A stretch of DNA of 64,000 nt. Source: Callorhinchus milii (Eukaryota). Where the stretch lies: NCBI RefSeq assembly GCF_018977255.1, contig NW_024704743.1, positions 42,162,001-42,226,000 of the forward strand. Reading direction: 5' to 3'. Positions within the stretch are counted from its first letter, which is position 1, and the number at the start of each line of letters is the position of its first letter. Of the stretch, positions 49,895 through 63,412 are shown one piece after another. The translations under genes were made by a program, and so were the position numbers. The notes beneath the pieces were generated by a model. That model did no database searches. It saw only the letters and a list, made by a program, of their open reading frames with translations, and was not told the origin of the DNA.

Positions 49895-50200
49895 ACAGTG
49901 TTTCAGATGGGATGTTAAACCAAAGCCCCATCTACCTGTTCAGGTGGACGTTAAGGATCCTGTGGCACTTTTCAAAAAGAGAAGGGAATTTCTCCTGGTG
50001 TCCATGTCACCAATTGCCCAAATATATAAAAAAATGTTCACTCACTTCTTGGCTATTTGTGGGATATTGCTGCGACGAAATTTGGCTGCTTCATTCACAC
50101 ACAAAAAACACAGTCGCTGCACTTCACAATATATCGTGTGAAGCTTTTTGGGACATCATTCTGACTTGAAAAGTGCTGTGCTGAATGTCAGGATTATTCT
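49895..50200 (+). mobile_element. Deu-type SINE 3' two-thirds
   Basis: TTCAGATGGGATGTTAAACC, CTGTTCAGGTGGACGTTAAGGATCCTGTGGCAC, TTCTCCTGGTGTCC. Confidence 0.75.
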
Positions 50201-50969
50201 TACTATTAGTGTTACATTCTTTGAACCACTACTCAACTTATGTTTTTGATTTATTTTTAAAGTTGTCTCAGCAACTTTAAATAACTTCCAACCAAATCTA
50301 TCACGATCATCACACTATGAAAATAGTGAGGTGAAAAATGTGATGCTTCATACTGGATCCAATGTGATAATTACCACATTATAAAGCATTGCATGTTTCC
50401 AATTTTGTGCTTACGACTGACTGACTGTGAGTGTGAATCTCACCCCAGCTTTGGCAAAATAGTTGGATCCATTGCTGGTTTTCAAAATGTTAAGCCAGTA
50501 TCATCCTGTTTAATGGGAACAACTCATTTTCTTGATCCCGGAGTTGACATTTGAATGCTGCTTCACAAAGCACCATTGAGTTAAGTGCATCTAAACTGAG
50601 TCACTGCAGTCAGAAACAAAAATGTCAGCCACTGATATCTTCAACACCAACATTGTGCCTAAGTCAGGAGGACGTACGATTTCACACCCAGTATTTAGGG
50701 GAAAAATTAAAAATGCTATTTTTCATAACAAATTTCATGTGCAGTGGGAAACTTGCCAAGCAATGCTCTCAATGGCAAGCTATATGGAGTTTGGGTTGGT
50801 TAAGATCTAGAAAGCCCCCAAATCCATACTCTGGGTTACAAAGCCTTGGCTCTTGCCATCTGTGCTAATATTCTCTGGAATTAGATAATCAGTGTGCGAC
50901 CCTCAAGGGGCAGTGTGCATTTTCCATTCCAAACATAGGAACATTTCCACATACGTGGAACTCTATCTG

Positions 50970-51093
50970 ACGTTTCACCCACAAATAGAAGGTCAATTCA
51001 CTTTACAGTCTATTCTGTGAAGCGCTTTGAAACATCTAGAAGATGTGAAAAGCGCTATATCAAATGCAAGGATTATTATTATTATTATTATTA
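50970..51093 (+). mobile_element. tRNA-SINE 3' tail fragment
   Basis: CCCACAAATA...TCACTTTACAGTCTATTCTGTGAAGCGCTTTG...ATCAAATGCAAGG(ATT)n. Confidence 0.85.
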
Positions 51094-52329
51094 TCTAGAT
51101 ACTCTTCAGAATGGTGACAGGCTCTCACATTTTTCACACACCCAGCTGTTGTATATCTTTCCTACACGATTAAACAAATCTTTTTAAAAACGTAAGGATT
51201 TTAAGAAAGAATTCAAGGGTTTATTTCCTTTGATTACAATGGAAGTAAAAAATTGGGACAAGGGCAGCATCTGATGGTGTAATGGATGAAGCTGCAGTTT
51301 GTACATCCGGTGCTAGCTCACTGGTTCAAAACCGAGCCATATATCATGATTTAAATAGTTCATCATTTCAGAATTTCTCGCAGCAGGATCTTACCCTGAA
51401 AGCAACAGAAAAACATGTGCTTTCTACCTTCTCATGTGTAAAAGATATGGTATTACAAATTTGCCAGAAACTTTTGTGGTCAAAGTTGCAGTAATTCTAA
51501 GGAAGTTCATACCATATTTAAAGAACGTCAATAAAATGTGTTTTGAAATTACTGAAATATTCAGGCCACAGCCTGGGATTTCAAGCCATATTTTAACAAT
51601 GTTCCTTAAATAAGCAATAGAATATGTTGAGGAATATTGCTTTTTGGACTCCAACGTTAACTGAAAAAAGTGTCTGTGAGGAATGCTATGGATGATCAAT
51701 TCATTTCACTGGTATTTATATTTCCTGGGTCCTTTCGCATTACACGTTCAGCAATTCAGTAAATAGTTTTTCAGATCTGGAGGAAAAATGATGCCTGTGC
51801 CTAGACTTTGATCTTTTTCTTAACACTTTAAAACGTGCAAATTTTTATGAATTCTTAAATTTACTTTTGAAGCTGGTGTTTTGGAAGCTCTTCTAAGAAG
51901 AACAATAGCTTCAAAATTAACACTGAATTTAAAAATGCACACACTCTGATATGCCAAGAAAAAGTGTAGACCCATGTGTAATTTCACCCTTCTGTTTTCT
52001 CCTGGGATTTAGAATTATAGAAATTTACAGCAAAGAAGAAGACCTTTCAGCCCATCGTATCTGTGCTGGCTCTTTTAAGAACAATCTTTTAAGTCCCATT
52101 TACCTGCACTTTCCCCACACCCCTGTAGCTTGCTCCTTTTTAGGCATTTAGCGGGTAGGTTGTCTTTGAAAATTTAAACAACTGCTTATTTGGAAAACTT
52201 TTACTCATTCTGCACAATATGAAAAGTAAGTGGAGGTTGTAAAGGTATCCAGACATACAATGTATGTGTCATATTCATGGAAGAAAAAAAAGTAACTCAG
52301 AAGTGCATACTTTGCACCCCCTGTACTAT

Positions 52330-52900
52330 TAGATTCAGTAACTCCTTACCCCAGTTCTCCTGATGATGCCATTATGACCCAGTGTTTTTTGTGTCAGCTG
52401 AGTGTCGGACATATGCAGAAACCCATCACCGTGCTTTAGAGTATCCAAACCAAACTGAAAGTTCTTTGCATCCCACCTACACATGGAAATCCAAGAGATA
52501 GATTGTTGGAATGGTATGCACATTCTCTTCCTGGAGGGATGCATCCTGCTTACCTAATTCTGGAAAGTATTAGGCACAGGTTGGAAAGAGGCAAGGCTTG
52601 GGGACCCCAGAGTGTGCGTTGGGTACTGCTGGAGTCTAACCACATAGCTTACCGTTGATATTGCTTTTCAGCAAGCTTTCCCATCGCTTGTCCAGCAGGG
52701 CCCACCATACCTGTTAGGGCTTTAGCTTGCAGAGTTAACATGAGCTGAGTGGGATGATTTCCTGCCCCCAGTGACTGGTCTGCCCTTCCAAGTCCTGCTG
52801 ATAAGCCAGGCTGTCTGTGTTGTCATCAGCAGTGCCCTGAAATTCTGTGGACTCACCTCAGCAACCGGACAACTGAGACCGTCACAGAGGGCTGGCTCAA
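52330..52900 (-). mobile_element. Dispersed repeat, probably a DIRS/Ngaro RNase H-region relic (related copies 8360-8460, 33935-34140, and inverted 55403-55585)
   Basis: Shared GCATCCTGCTTACCTAATT motif; broken minus frames LLMTTQTAWLISRTWKGRPVTG..HVN.LQAKAL..LCL..IR.AGCIP/EENV resemble DIRS LTTDAS..GWG....HIN.LEL.A..WIP..EN. Confidence 0.45.
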
Positions 52901-53344
52901 TTCTGACATTCCATTGCCAGCATGTCAACTTGGAGCCAGTTCAGCTTCAAGGAGATCCCACTTACAGCAGCAGCAGGAATTGATCAAATAACAAATATTA
53001 TTGCAATTCTAAAACTCTATCAAGTCTGATCTTGGAGATACTTCATAAAAAACAACACCTTAGATTTGAGTATTTCAGTTTGCTGGAAATCTCCAGGAAA
53101 GGCAAGGAAAAATATATGGAGCTGGTTTTCTGGAAGAAGTCCTGTTGGTAGCCACTGAGAGCATAATGAATCTGACTGAGTTCTAGCTCAGTTGGACAAA
53201 CGCATCAGCTTTAAAAATCATGGGGGTTTGAATTCCACTGGGTCTAGATTTACTCTACTAACATAACAATTCAGTGTCTAGAATTTCCAGATTGTTATGT
53301 GTTGTAAGTTGAATTGGGATAGTTTCTTACAATGGGGGTAAAGC

Positions 53345-53700
53345 TGTCTGCCTCACTCAGTGGTCAGGCTCTCACCTCTGAGTCAGAAAGCTGTGAGTTC
53401 AAGTCCCACATTGGGATTTGGAGGAAATCTTGCTTCTTTGAATAGGATGTTAAACCTGGGTTCTGTCTGCCTAGTGGATGCTAAAGATTCAATTGGCCCT
53501 ACTTAGAAAGAGAAGGAAGTCTCTCCTGGTGTCCTGGCCAACAATCCCCCAAATAAAATTGATCATTCATTTCATAGCTGTTTGTGGGACATTACTGTCT
53601 GAAATTGGTTCACCTACTGATACACAATCACTCCCCCTCACAGTAATCCTGGGTGCACTCTCGACATGAAAGACGCTATACCAAATGGAAGGATTATTAT
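53345..53700 (+). mobile_element. Deu-type SINE
   Basis: CTCAGTGGTCAGGCTCTCACCTCTGAGTCAGAAAGCTGTGAGTTCAAGTCCCAC head; CTCCTGGTGTCCTGGCCAAC; tail ATGAAAGACGCTATACCAAATGGAAGGATTATT. Confidence 0.8.
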
Positions 53701-53954
53701 CTATCACTATGTGTACTGCAAGGTGAATCTTGCCAATGTGTTTTGACATTTGTATTAAACATGTGCAACAATATGAGAGTTATATTACTTTTATATATTT
53801 AAATACCAAAACATTGCAAGAAGCAACAAAAAAACCTGGAGCTGAATGAATAATCTGTTCAATTTATATTTTTAGTATATGATGATGTTAAGAAAATACA
53901 TAGACTTTATTTTCTTGGTTTAAAATTTCTGCTTACTGCTATGTAAACAGAGCT

Positions 53955-54200
53955 GTATGGAGTAAAGAAACTTGCTCAGGGTTTCACCCCGCCGGGAATC
54001 AAACCCATGTCTCTCGATTGAGAGGCGAGTGCTCTAACCACTGAGCTACAGGTTGAGAGTGCTAATTGCACTTTCCATTTCATGTAATAGTCCTTGCATT
54101 TGATATGCAATATGACATCTCAAAGTGCTTCACAGGGTTTACTGTAAAGTGTAGTTGATTATGTGTTTGATAGGCAAATGCAGCAGCCAACTTACGCACA
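53955..54200 (-). mobile_element. tRNA-SINE head (53955-54051) and separate SINE tail (54085-54200)
   Basis: GAGTGCTCTAACCACTGAGCTACAGG; TCCTTGCATTTGATAT...CTTCACAGGGTTTACTGTAAAG. Confidence 0.75.
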
Positions 54201-56794
54201 GTAAGAAGATGCCAAGAAGTTTCGTCATCTAGACTGCGATATTCAAAAAATGTCTATTTGCAATTTCTGAAAGTCGCTAAAGTGTGAAAAGGATAAGAGA
54301 GCAAAACACCATTGGCCTGTTTTGTTCTCTGCCCATTTTTTCAAGATGTTGACGATTTTCGAAACTTGGTATTCGTTACTTAGTGAATCAGATAAATCAA
54401 AACAACTTCTGATATACGGAAACTAGAAGTCAGAATTGACTCAGCGATTTGGATTTACCAAGTTTGCGAATTAAATAAAATATCACTACATTTAATCAAG
54501 TTTGGCGTCAAAAGCTATTCGGCTTTATTTGGTTTGAAAAAATGAACCTGCATGTCCAGATGCATGTATTTTAAATATCTTAGGCTAGGAGAATGGACCA
54601 TGTCATCTTCTGCACCTGTACATTAGAAATAACATTTTAGAAATACATGTTTCTCAAAAATTGATACCAATGAAGGAAATGAACATATAATTACAAAGGA
54701 CATTACTGGGTAAAGATTTGGTTCAAAATAAAAAGAATCTATGCATTTAATATGCGTAATTAAAACTCAGACATAGTGCAAATTGCTTTGCTTGCAGATG
54801 GCATGTTATTATAGTGTACAGCCTGACAGTCCCTGCAGCTGTGACAATTATTAAGCGACCCATCCTTAGGGTCCCAGCATGTGATATGTGATTGGAGACT
54901 TTTTCAATTGTAAATAGTAAATTGTAACAGGCTATCAGTTGAAGATTGACAGAGGATTCTCCCTGTAGAATGAAATAAAAGATCAGTTTTCTTCCACAAG
55001 CATTAGGAGCTCTACAGGGATCAGCTGGATAGCTTTGATTTCTATATTTGATCTGAACTGACACAAGTCCATCAGGTTCTAAATCCAAACTTGCAAAACT
55101 TATTTTTAGCTCATTGCCATAGTTAATTCCTTCCCCACTTCAAATAGTTGCTGCTCATTATCTGATGTTGATCATTAAAAATAGGGATATTTTCACTGTG
55201 TCTTTGTAATGTGATCAGATAGTTGTTTTTAGTAATTCGGGTGAGTCAGGCACCATTATCAAGTGTGTGCATAACAACAATGGGTTCTGGATTGATGCAT
55301 CAGAAAGTGACTGGAAAGTGCCCATGTATCTTTACCACACGAGTCAAAATCTTCAGAAGAGGAGGGATGCGAAGAAAGAACCATCTTGCACCACAAATGA
55401 AGTGACCAGTCATTGGGGGCAAGGAGTCATCCCACTCAGCTCCTGTTAACCCTGCAAACCAAAGCTCTAACGGGTACGGTGGTCCTACCTGGACAAGCAG
55501 CGGGAAAGCTTGCCAGACAGCAATATCAATGACAAGCTAATGCGGTTTTAGCTGGTTAGATTCCAGTAGTACTCCGTTGCACACTCGCTCTCACTCTCTC
55601 TCTACAAATGAAAATGTAATTGCCTTATTTGCAAATAGGAAAATCTATGGCAAAATATTCAAACCTCACAGATTCCACTGATGTGTGGGCACAAATTGAA
55701 AATCATCACCATAATAACAGAGTGATTTAGGAGAATGTTTCTTTACATACCAATAGATATTAGGGCAGGGACAGCCCCAACACAAACAGTATTTTAAGCC
55801 GAATCCATTGTAGCTTTTTGAAGGAAAGTGGACAAATTTGAAAATAATACACCACTAAGTATACTCTGCATACGCATACACCGGGAGCCAGACATTTATT
55901 TGCCAAACTAAATTACCAGGTGTAGTAATTCTATAGCTAATAATAAGATTTTAAAAATGCCCTCATTTTCTATATTGTTGTGACTATAGGTTAAGGCAGC
56001 AAATAGTGAGAAATGGAAAGATTCTGTTGGTTGTGTTTGCATTTTATCCTTTTGCTCATTTATACAAACTTGTAAAAGCATGGTAGCATGCTTTTATATT
56101 ATTCTATTTTTCTTATTAATCTTGAACTCAATGTGGCCAAATTGAGTAGAATATTAGTTTTTACCATGAATAAACGTAACAGGGGCACGTTCAGTGTGCT
56201 CCAGGGATTTTTAGTTGGTTTGATGCTCATCGCTCATTTCTGGGTGCAATCACTGTGGATTGGAAAGAGCAGCGATGACACTGGGTCATGAGTCATAATT
56301 GTATCCTGTCCTTAAATGTAAATATCAAATGACAATGTGTAATTAGAAAGGAAACCTGTTATTATAAACTATGTCATTACTAAAGCTTTCTCTTTACCCA
56401 GCTTTTCTCTGGTGTGTAATAATGAGGTTTGCCTGCACATGAGATGTTCCTTTCTTCCTCATGTAATTATTGTCGTCAGTGCCTGTAGCAAGTGTGTACC
56501 CAGCGAAAATTCAATTTCACAAAACAGGAGAATGAAATGTCCATGGGGTCAAAATTGCTAAAGGATGAAGTATTCCTGGGGTGAAATTCCACCTGGGTTC
56601 AGAGTCACTCTAGTTCTATAGTATTTCAGAACATCTGGAATTCAAATAATTCAATTTAGCCTTAACATTAAAGCATTTTTGGTAGCTCTTTAAGTAACCT
56701 TACAGAGAACTGGTTCAAAAATTAAGGTGTTCTTTAAGAATTTGCCAGATTTTAGACATACTAAAATGTTACATAAATAGAGCGAATCTAAGTA

Positions 56795-56972
56795 AATAAA
56801 AATAATAATAATATGGACACTCAATCTACAATTGTTTGAGGGACACTCCTGTACGCAATCGCCCACAAAATATGTGGTTAATTTACTTTACAGTATAGTC
56901 TGTGAAGCGCTTTGAGGCATCTCAAAGACATGATGAGGCGTTATATTAAATGCAAGGATTATTATTACTATT
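56795..56972 (+). mobile_element. tRNA-SINE 3' half
   Basis: GTTTGAGGGACACT...TCTGTGAAGCGCTTTGAG...AAATGCAAGGATTATT. Confidence 0.8.
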
Positions 56973-57419
56973 AAGCGGAATTTCTCCCCTGGCCCAACCC
57001 ATTCCTTAATTATCAGTGGCTTTAGCGACTGGAAACAGTTTAGAACCAGAGGTTTAACTCTAAACACCCCCCTACTTTAGGAGAATAGCTTCTTCTCCCA
57101 GATTTTCTGAATGGAATCTTGTCAGTCTTTATTCTTTATTTAACATGGACCCAAAGTGTTCATTCACAGATGCAAGAAGGCTATTAATTTGGATATGGAA
57201 TGCACATTTTATCCTTCTTTGCCAGTTACTTGGAACATCCTGCTGACATGAAAGGAACTCTATAAGTGTAATTTTGTTGTTGTTGTTACTGGATTAAAAA
57301 TAATTTTAAGAGTAAAACATCAAAATAAAAAAGAAGGCCAACTATCGGCCGTGAATTAAAATGTTGATTGATCACTAAATTAAAAAACAAAATAGCTGTG
57401 TTTTGCTCTTAAATTAGCA

Positions 57420-57640
57420 TCACCTATCTTGAAGATCTCTCCACTCAAGTCAAGCCTGCTGAGTGTTCCTTGGCACCTTCTCACCAACATCTGTGGCTGA
57501 GCCTTTAGCCACTTCGCCCCCACTCTTTGGAACTTCCTCCATCTACCCTTCAGACTCACCCTATATCTATCCATTTTTAAATCCTGCCTGAAAACCTACC
57601 TCTTCAACTGCACTCATGGTCTCCTCCTCTAAGTTTGTGG
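57420..57640 (+). mobile_element. Old L2 3' relic
   Basis: GCCTTTAGCCACTTCGCCCCCACTCTTTGGAAC (AFSHFAPTLWN), CTGAAAACCTACCTCTTC (LKTYLF). Confidence 0.7.
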
Positions 57641-57949
57641 TTAGTTAATTGACCTTGGCCAGTGTAGAAGTAAATTCTGTCATAATTTGGAAGCAGATCC
57701 TTTTTAAGAACGTTGGAAAATCCACTTCCAAATTGAGACTAAATTTCAGAATTTCAGAATAAATGTCCTCAGTGGTCTCTTTATTATTCACTGCAAAATT
57801 TCAGTTATGCTTTGTGCCTATTCTGTGGTATGTACATTTTATGTAGGTACAATCAATTAAGCTCAGACAAACCCAGATCGACAATAAAACACTAGGAATC
57901 ACTCTTCAGTCACCTCAAACTAAGGACAAAATTATATCAGCAATCACCT

Positions 57950-58355
57950 GCTATCATGGCTCAGTCAGTAGCACTCTCACCTGAGTCAGAAGGTTGAGGG
58001 ACATAGTCTAGGCTGACACTCAGCATTGTGTTGAGAGAGCGCTGCAATGTTGGAGGTGCTGTCCTTCGGATGAGGTGTAAATTCAAGGTCCTGCTTTCCT
58101 GTTGAGGTGGACTTTAAAGATTCCATGGCTCTATTCAAAAAGAGAAGAGAGTTTCCCCAGGTGTCCTAGCCAACAATCACCCAGATAAATTTGATTATTC
58201 ACTTCAAGGCTGTTTGTTGAACATTGCTGTGTGCAAATTGGCTATTGTGGTCACGAAAAAATATGCAATCACTACCAGGAAAATCTTGCTGCTAGACCAA
58301 GAAATTGGAGTTCTTGAAGATGTATCAATGACTTGATAAGGTGCTCAATCAAATG
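57950..58355 (+). mobile_element. Deu-type SINE, near full length
   Basis: tRNA-like head, TTGGAGGTGCTGTCCTTCGGATGAGGTGTAAA Deu core, AAAGATTCCATGGC, GGTGTCCTAGCCAAC. Confidence 0.85.
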
Positions 58356-59379
58356 CCCCTATTGGTTTCAGAAGGAGTGAATACATGTTCCCCTTTTTAA
58401 AAGAATACTGCCAGCTCTCGAGTTTAACGCTGTCTGTCTGACAGCATAAGTTGTATTTCTGTGACCTGTTTTATTTTCCTCCTACAAACTTTAGATAGTT
58501 ATTCCTGAACTTTAAAATCACATACAGAAATAAACTGATGTACACTAGCAATGCTTTTTTTGTTGCCCTTATTGAAGTATATTTGCCATCAATGAAGCTC
58601 CTCGCCTTTCTTATTTTGAAAGTACAAGACATTCAACCAGTGAGTAAGCCTGTAACTGACAATATCTTCATTGTATTCGGGTCCACATGAAGATAAAGGC
58701 AAGATAAGTGCTGGAATTATTCATTACTTCAATGCCAAGGGCTTGAAACCAGCCAGGTTTATGTTTCCTGATGTTGCAAGTCAATCTGAAGTGTTGACTC
58801 CTACATGTCTGAAAGAAGGTTGAGGTAAGCATGAGCGAAGCACTTAATTGATGAGTGGGTATGGAGGAGGAAAGAAAAGGAATGAATGGTGTACTTAGCT
58901 GTACCAGCCTCACAGTGTCAATAACGGAAGAGATAGATTCCATGTAATGTGACTGTGCAGATTCTCAGCTCTGTTGATCTTCATATCTTAAACAACACTG
59001 ATTATAATAGCAGTGGTAAGCTTTATTTCCATGTGAATGGGAAGAGGGGGAAGATGTTACATCTCTGATCTGATAGAAAAAGAAGCTGCAATTTGTCAGT
59101 GTCGGCATCAGACTCCACTGTCAGACCACACTTTCCCAGATCCTAGCTGCTGCCCTCTGATAAGCCTACGTACAAAAAACAATCTGTGCTCCAGAATTAG
59201 TCAGCAGATTATCTCTAAATGAGAGATAGGGTTCCACTACATTAGATGAATATCATTGGATGCTAACATTATAGCAAATCAGTTGTTTCAAAATAATCAT
59301 TTTACTTGCAGTTAATTCTAGTGATTAAATGTGTTTATATTTTATAAGTATACAATTTGATTAGCATTGAATAGGGATG

Positions 59380-59800
59380 ACCGCCTGGCTTACTTGGTAA
59401 TTTTCTTGCCTCTGAGACAAATGGCCATGAGTTTAAGCCCCGTGTTGGGATTTTGAACTCATACAATCTAGCCTGGCAATCCAATACATTACTGGAAGAG
59501 CATTACATTGTTGGAGGTGCCGTCCTTCGGACAAGATGTTAAGTTAAGGTGCTTAACTGTTCAGGTGGACATTGAAGATCCCACGACACAAGTTGAAAAG
59601 AGAAAGGATTTCTCCTGGTGTCCTGGCCAACAATCCTCCAGATAAAATTGGTCATTCGCTTTGTGGTTGTTTGTTGGACTTTGCTGGGTACAAATTGGCT
59701 ACTACATTCACTTACAAGATATACACTTTACAGTAAGTTCTGTAAAAAGCTTCAGGATGTCATCCTGGCACAAAGGGCCCTGTATCAAATGCAACAATTA
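59380..59800 (+). mobile_element. Deu-type SINE, near full length
   Basis: TTGGAGGTGCCGTCCTTCGGACAAGATGTTAA, CTCCTGGTGTCCTGGCCAAC, tail ATCAAATGCAA. Confidence 0.85.
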
Positions 59801-61326
59801 TAATTGCTATGATTGAGACCTTTTTCAAGAAATCTGAAATTAAGAGTGTCAAGTCATTTCTTAAACTCAGAAAATAAATGGCCATATACAGAGAGAGTAT
59901 GTGTCAAAACTGTTATGAGATAAAACTGCAAGCATAGTCATACAGAAAAACCTAATTATTGCAAATCCACTGGGATAGGCAAAACATTTCTTTGAGGAAT
60001 AATTTTATTGAGGTGTGAACTCTCCTACTGATTCTAATGGTGCTTCCTTTGTGGAAAAAAGAGTATGTTTAAAGTAATTGGAGGTTTGATACCAAAGTTC
60101 GCTGTAGTTTACTGGGTAACCTTTAGAAAGGTTCTAAGTGACTAATTTACTTATTGCAAACATCAACAAGAATCATTTACATCAATCTGTTCCTTAAAAT
60201 GCATTAGTTTGGCTCCCGATTAACAACTGCAAAAAAATGTTTTGAAGGAAGACTCAACAGAAAAGAGAAAAAGTGTAACATATATCCTGAGGTTAATGCT
60301 TATTGAAGGAAATGTACATGCATTTATTTAACTTTACGATGAAAGAGTTTTACATGCATTTATTGTAGTTGACAGCATGGACAATAAAACTAGTGGTTTA
60401 TCAATAGAGAATGACCTTAAACACTGCCGTGAAGGTTCTTTGGGAACTCTCAGATACAATCAAACACCAAAATAAAAGGACAGGAGATAAAAGGAGGATA
60501 CAAACAAACCTAAACAAACAGACTGTCAGCTGGCGTCGTACCAATCGAAAATATACAGGCAGGGAGCTGCAAAGAAAACAACCAGAAAACAAGGAAACAA
60601 GGAACAGATTTTTACAAAGCTGCCTGATTAAGCACTGATTATCACCAACCAAAAAAATCAAGCAAAGTACACTGGTAATATGCTCAGATATTCTCCTGCA
60701 CGCAGCTCACCCACAAAAATCAATACAGGCAGTTTTCCATAACAGCGCTGATTAATAATGTATGGATACCAATGTAAAATGGAGGACAATTGGAAAAACA
60801 CAAACTGTTAGCACAGCTGTGGGTCTGCAACAATGCAGCTACTGATCTTCAGGGAATGGAAGTGTCTTTCTCAACTTACATAGTTCTTCAAGGAGATGAA
60901 TCTGATACAATCTGAGTGAAACAGTCTGCATTGATGTAAAGTGAGTCGTGTGTCCCAGGATATGGCAATGTGTCTTTATGGTGAGGGGTGGATTGGAATT
61001 GTCTGCAATCTGAATTTATCTAGAAACCATTCTTTACCCTCCAACCTCTTAAAAGATGTGTGGTATAGACTTCCAAAGTGCCAACGTTTGCAAAGCAAAA
61101 TGTAACTCCTGATTTAATATTTAATATGTAGTTATGAAACAAAACAAATAAATGATATTGCAGTGCTCCTAAGACTGAGGTTCAATGTACAGTAATAGAG
61201 CAATAAAACACATTTACTTCTGGTGATTTTAAACAAACTAAAATCTATTTTAATGCTACATACAAAATCATGAGCAGGTCATGAACTGTGGGCCTGAGTT
61301 TCCTGGAGCCAGATGCTGAAAGAGCT

Positions 61327-61660
61327 AATAATAATAATCCTTGCATTGATATAGCATTTTATCACATCTTTGAATATACTGTAAAGTGAATTGACAAAAC
61401 TTGCCAGCCAATGGCGTACAGGAGTGTCGCACAAACAGTCGTGGGTTGAAGTGACCAATTCATTATTATTATTTTTTTGAAGGAATTATTACCCTTGGAA
61501 AAGCAATCTGCCAATTGACTAACAACCAGATTCCTACTTACTGCTAGGTAAACAGAGGCGTGTGGAGTAAGGAAACTTGCCCAACATTTTGCCCTGCCAG
61601 GAATTGAATCCAGGTCTTTCGCTTGCAAGGAGATGCTCTAACCACTGAGCTACAGGACTC
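61327..61660 (-). mobile_element. tRNA-SINE, long form
   Basis: Contains TTCCTACTTACTGCTAGGTAAACAGAGGCGTGTGGAGTAAGG and head CTCTAACCACTGAGCTACAGGACTC. Confidence 0.9.
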
Positions 61661-61779
61661 TACAATGCCCAGTAACTAGTGATTTAGTGCAATCTGGCAT
61701 CTGATAGCTAGCAAAGGGAGAGTCACTCACAACATCCAGTAACTAGTGATTTAGTGCAATCTGGCATCTGTTACAATGC

Positions 61780-62600
61780 TGAATGGGCATTTAAATGGCA
61801 GAAAAATGTGAGGTGGTACATTTTAGTAGAAGGAATAAGGAAGTCACATACATCCTGGAAAATAAAAACCTAAATGGGGTAGAGGAGCAAAGGGATCTTG
61901 GGGTACACTTACACGATTCACTAAAGTAGCAACACAGGTTAATAAGGCAATAAAAAAGGCAAACTAGGCATCGGGGTTCATTTCTGGAGGGATAGAAATG
62001 AAAAGCAGGGAAGTTATGGTAAACCTCTATAAAACCATGGTTAGACCACACTTAGAATACTGTGTGCAGTTCTGGTCTCCACATTATAGAAGGGATATGG
62101 AGATACTGGAGAGGGCGCAAAGGAGATTGACGAGGGTGATCCCAGAACTGAGAGGTTATACCTATCAGGAAACGCTGAACATACTTGGACTCTTTTCTTT
62201 TGAAAAGAGGAGGGTAAGGGGTGACCTGATAGAGGTCTTTAAAATTATGAAGGATTTTGATAGGGTAGACATAGGGAAGATGTTTCTACTTGTGGGGGAG
62301 ACCAAAACTAGGGGCCATCAATGTAAAATAGTCCCAAATAGATCAAATATGGAAGCTAGAAGAAATTTCTTCACACAAAGAGTATTGGGAATGTGGAACA
62401 AGCTACCACAAGAAGTTGTTGAGGCAAATAGCATAAGTATATTTAAAGGAAAACTAGATAGGTACATGAGGGAGAAAGGAATAGAAGGTTATGCTTGAAG
62501 GCTTAGTTGAGGAAGGGCAGGAGGAGGCTCATGTGGAGCATAAACACCGGCATAGACCAATTGGGCCGAATGGCCTGTTTCTGTGCTGTATATTCTAATG
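61780..62600 (+). mobile_element. CR1 LINE 3' fragment; 166-aa open C-terminal ORF2 segment
   Basis: [43 protein letters not shown]; 3' UTR GGCCGAATGGCCTGTTTCTGTGCTGTA. Confidence 0.95.
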
Positions 62601-63412
62601 TAAAGCCATCTCACTGTCTACATGTCCTATATTCTGTGAATTGCATCACAAGAACTTGCATGCATAAGTATCATATGAAATATTTGTCAAATTATTTTCT
62701 GCATAGGAAATGACATTACACATGGAAGATTATTGCAAAGATTTTAGGATAATTAAGAGCAAAGAATAAATAGTGCCATTTATACCATTATATATCTATA
62801 TAGTTGTCACTTACAGGTTGTGTACATGTTCAACAAATACACAGAGGTATAAAAATGCCCCCAAAGGACCGCAAATATTTCAAGAATGAAAGTAATGATA
62901 GACTTACGCACTCAACACAAACAACACAAATAATCTACACATCAATAACTGCAGCAGTTCCTTTAAGCATTTTTGATTTTCATCTGGGGCAACAGAGACG
63001 TGATCTTTTTGGCTCTCTACCTTTCCAACACACAGTCAAAAAGTTATATCCAAGTGTTTATGAAGTGTTAAGTCTGTGAACCATGATGGAGAGGTCAAAT
63101 GTCAGATATGATAGCCATGAGCAGGGTAGTCAGTTGAGGTATCCCATTGTTCAGCTTCAGCTTGGAGCTAACATTTAAGAAACTGGAAAGTAGTTGTTTC
63201 TGCAGAGAATCAAAAATACATCATACCCCCCAACATAGCTGCAGATATACACCAGAGCCTCCAGTCTACTGGGTGGAGCTCTCAACCTGCGGCTTGTTCA
63301 TTCTCTGCATCTTAGTTGAAAGGCTGACCATTTAGAATGGTCGCCCACAAAATATAGAGTTAATTCACTTTACAGTATATTCTGTGAAGTGCTTTGAGAC
63401 ATCTCAGGACGT

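Noticed and set aside
51363..51395. Strong minus-strand acceptor followed by GKILLREILK*
   Set aside because: Too short to identify, with no supporting upstream exons; expected by chance in 64 kb.
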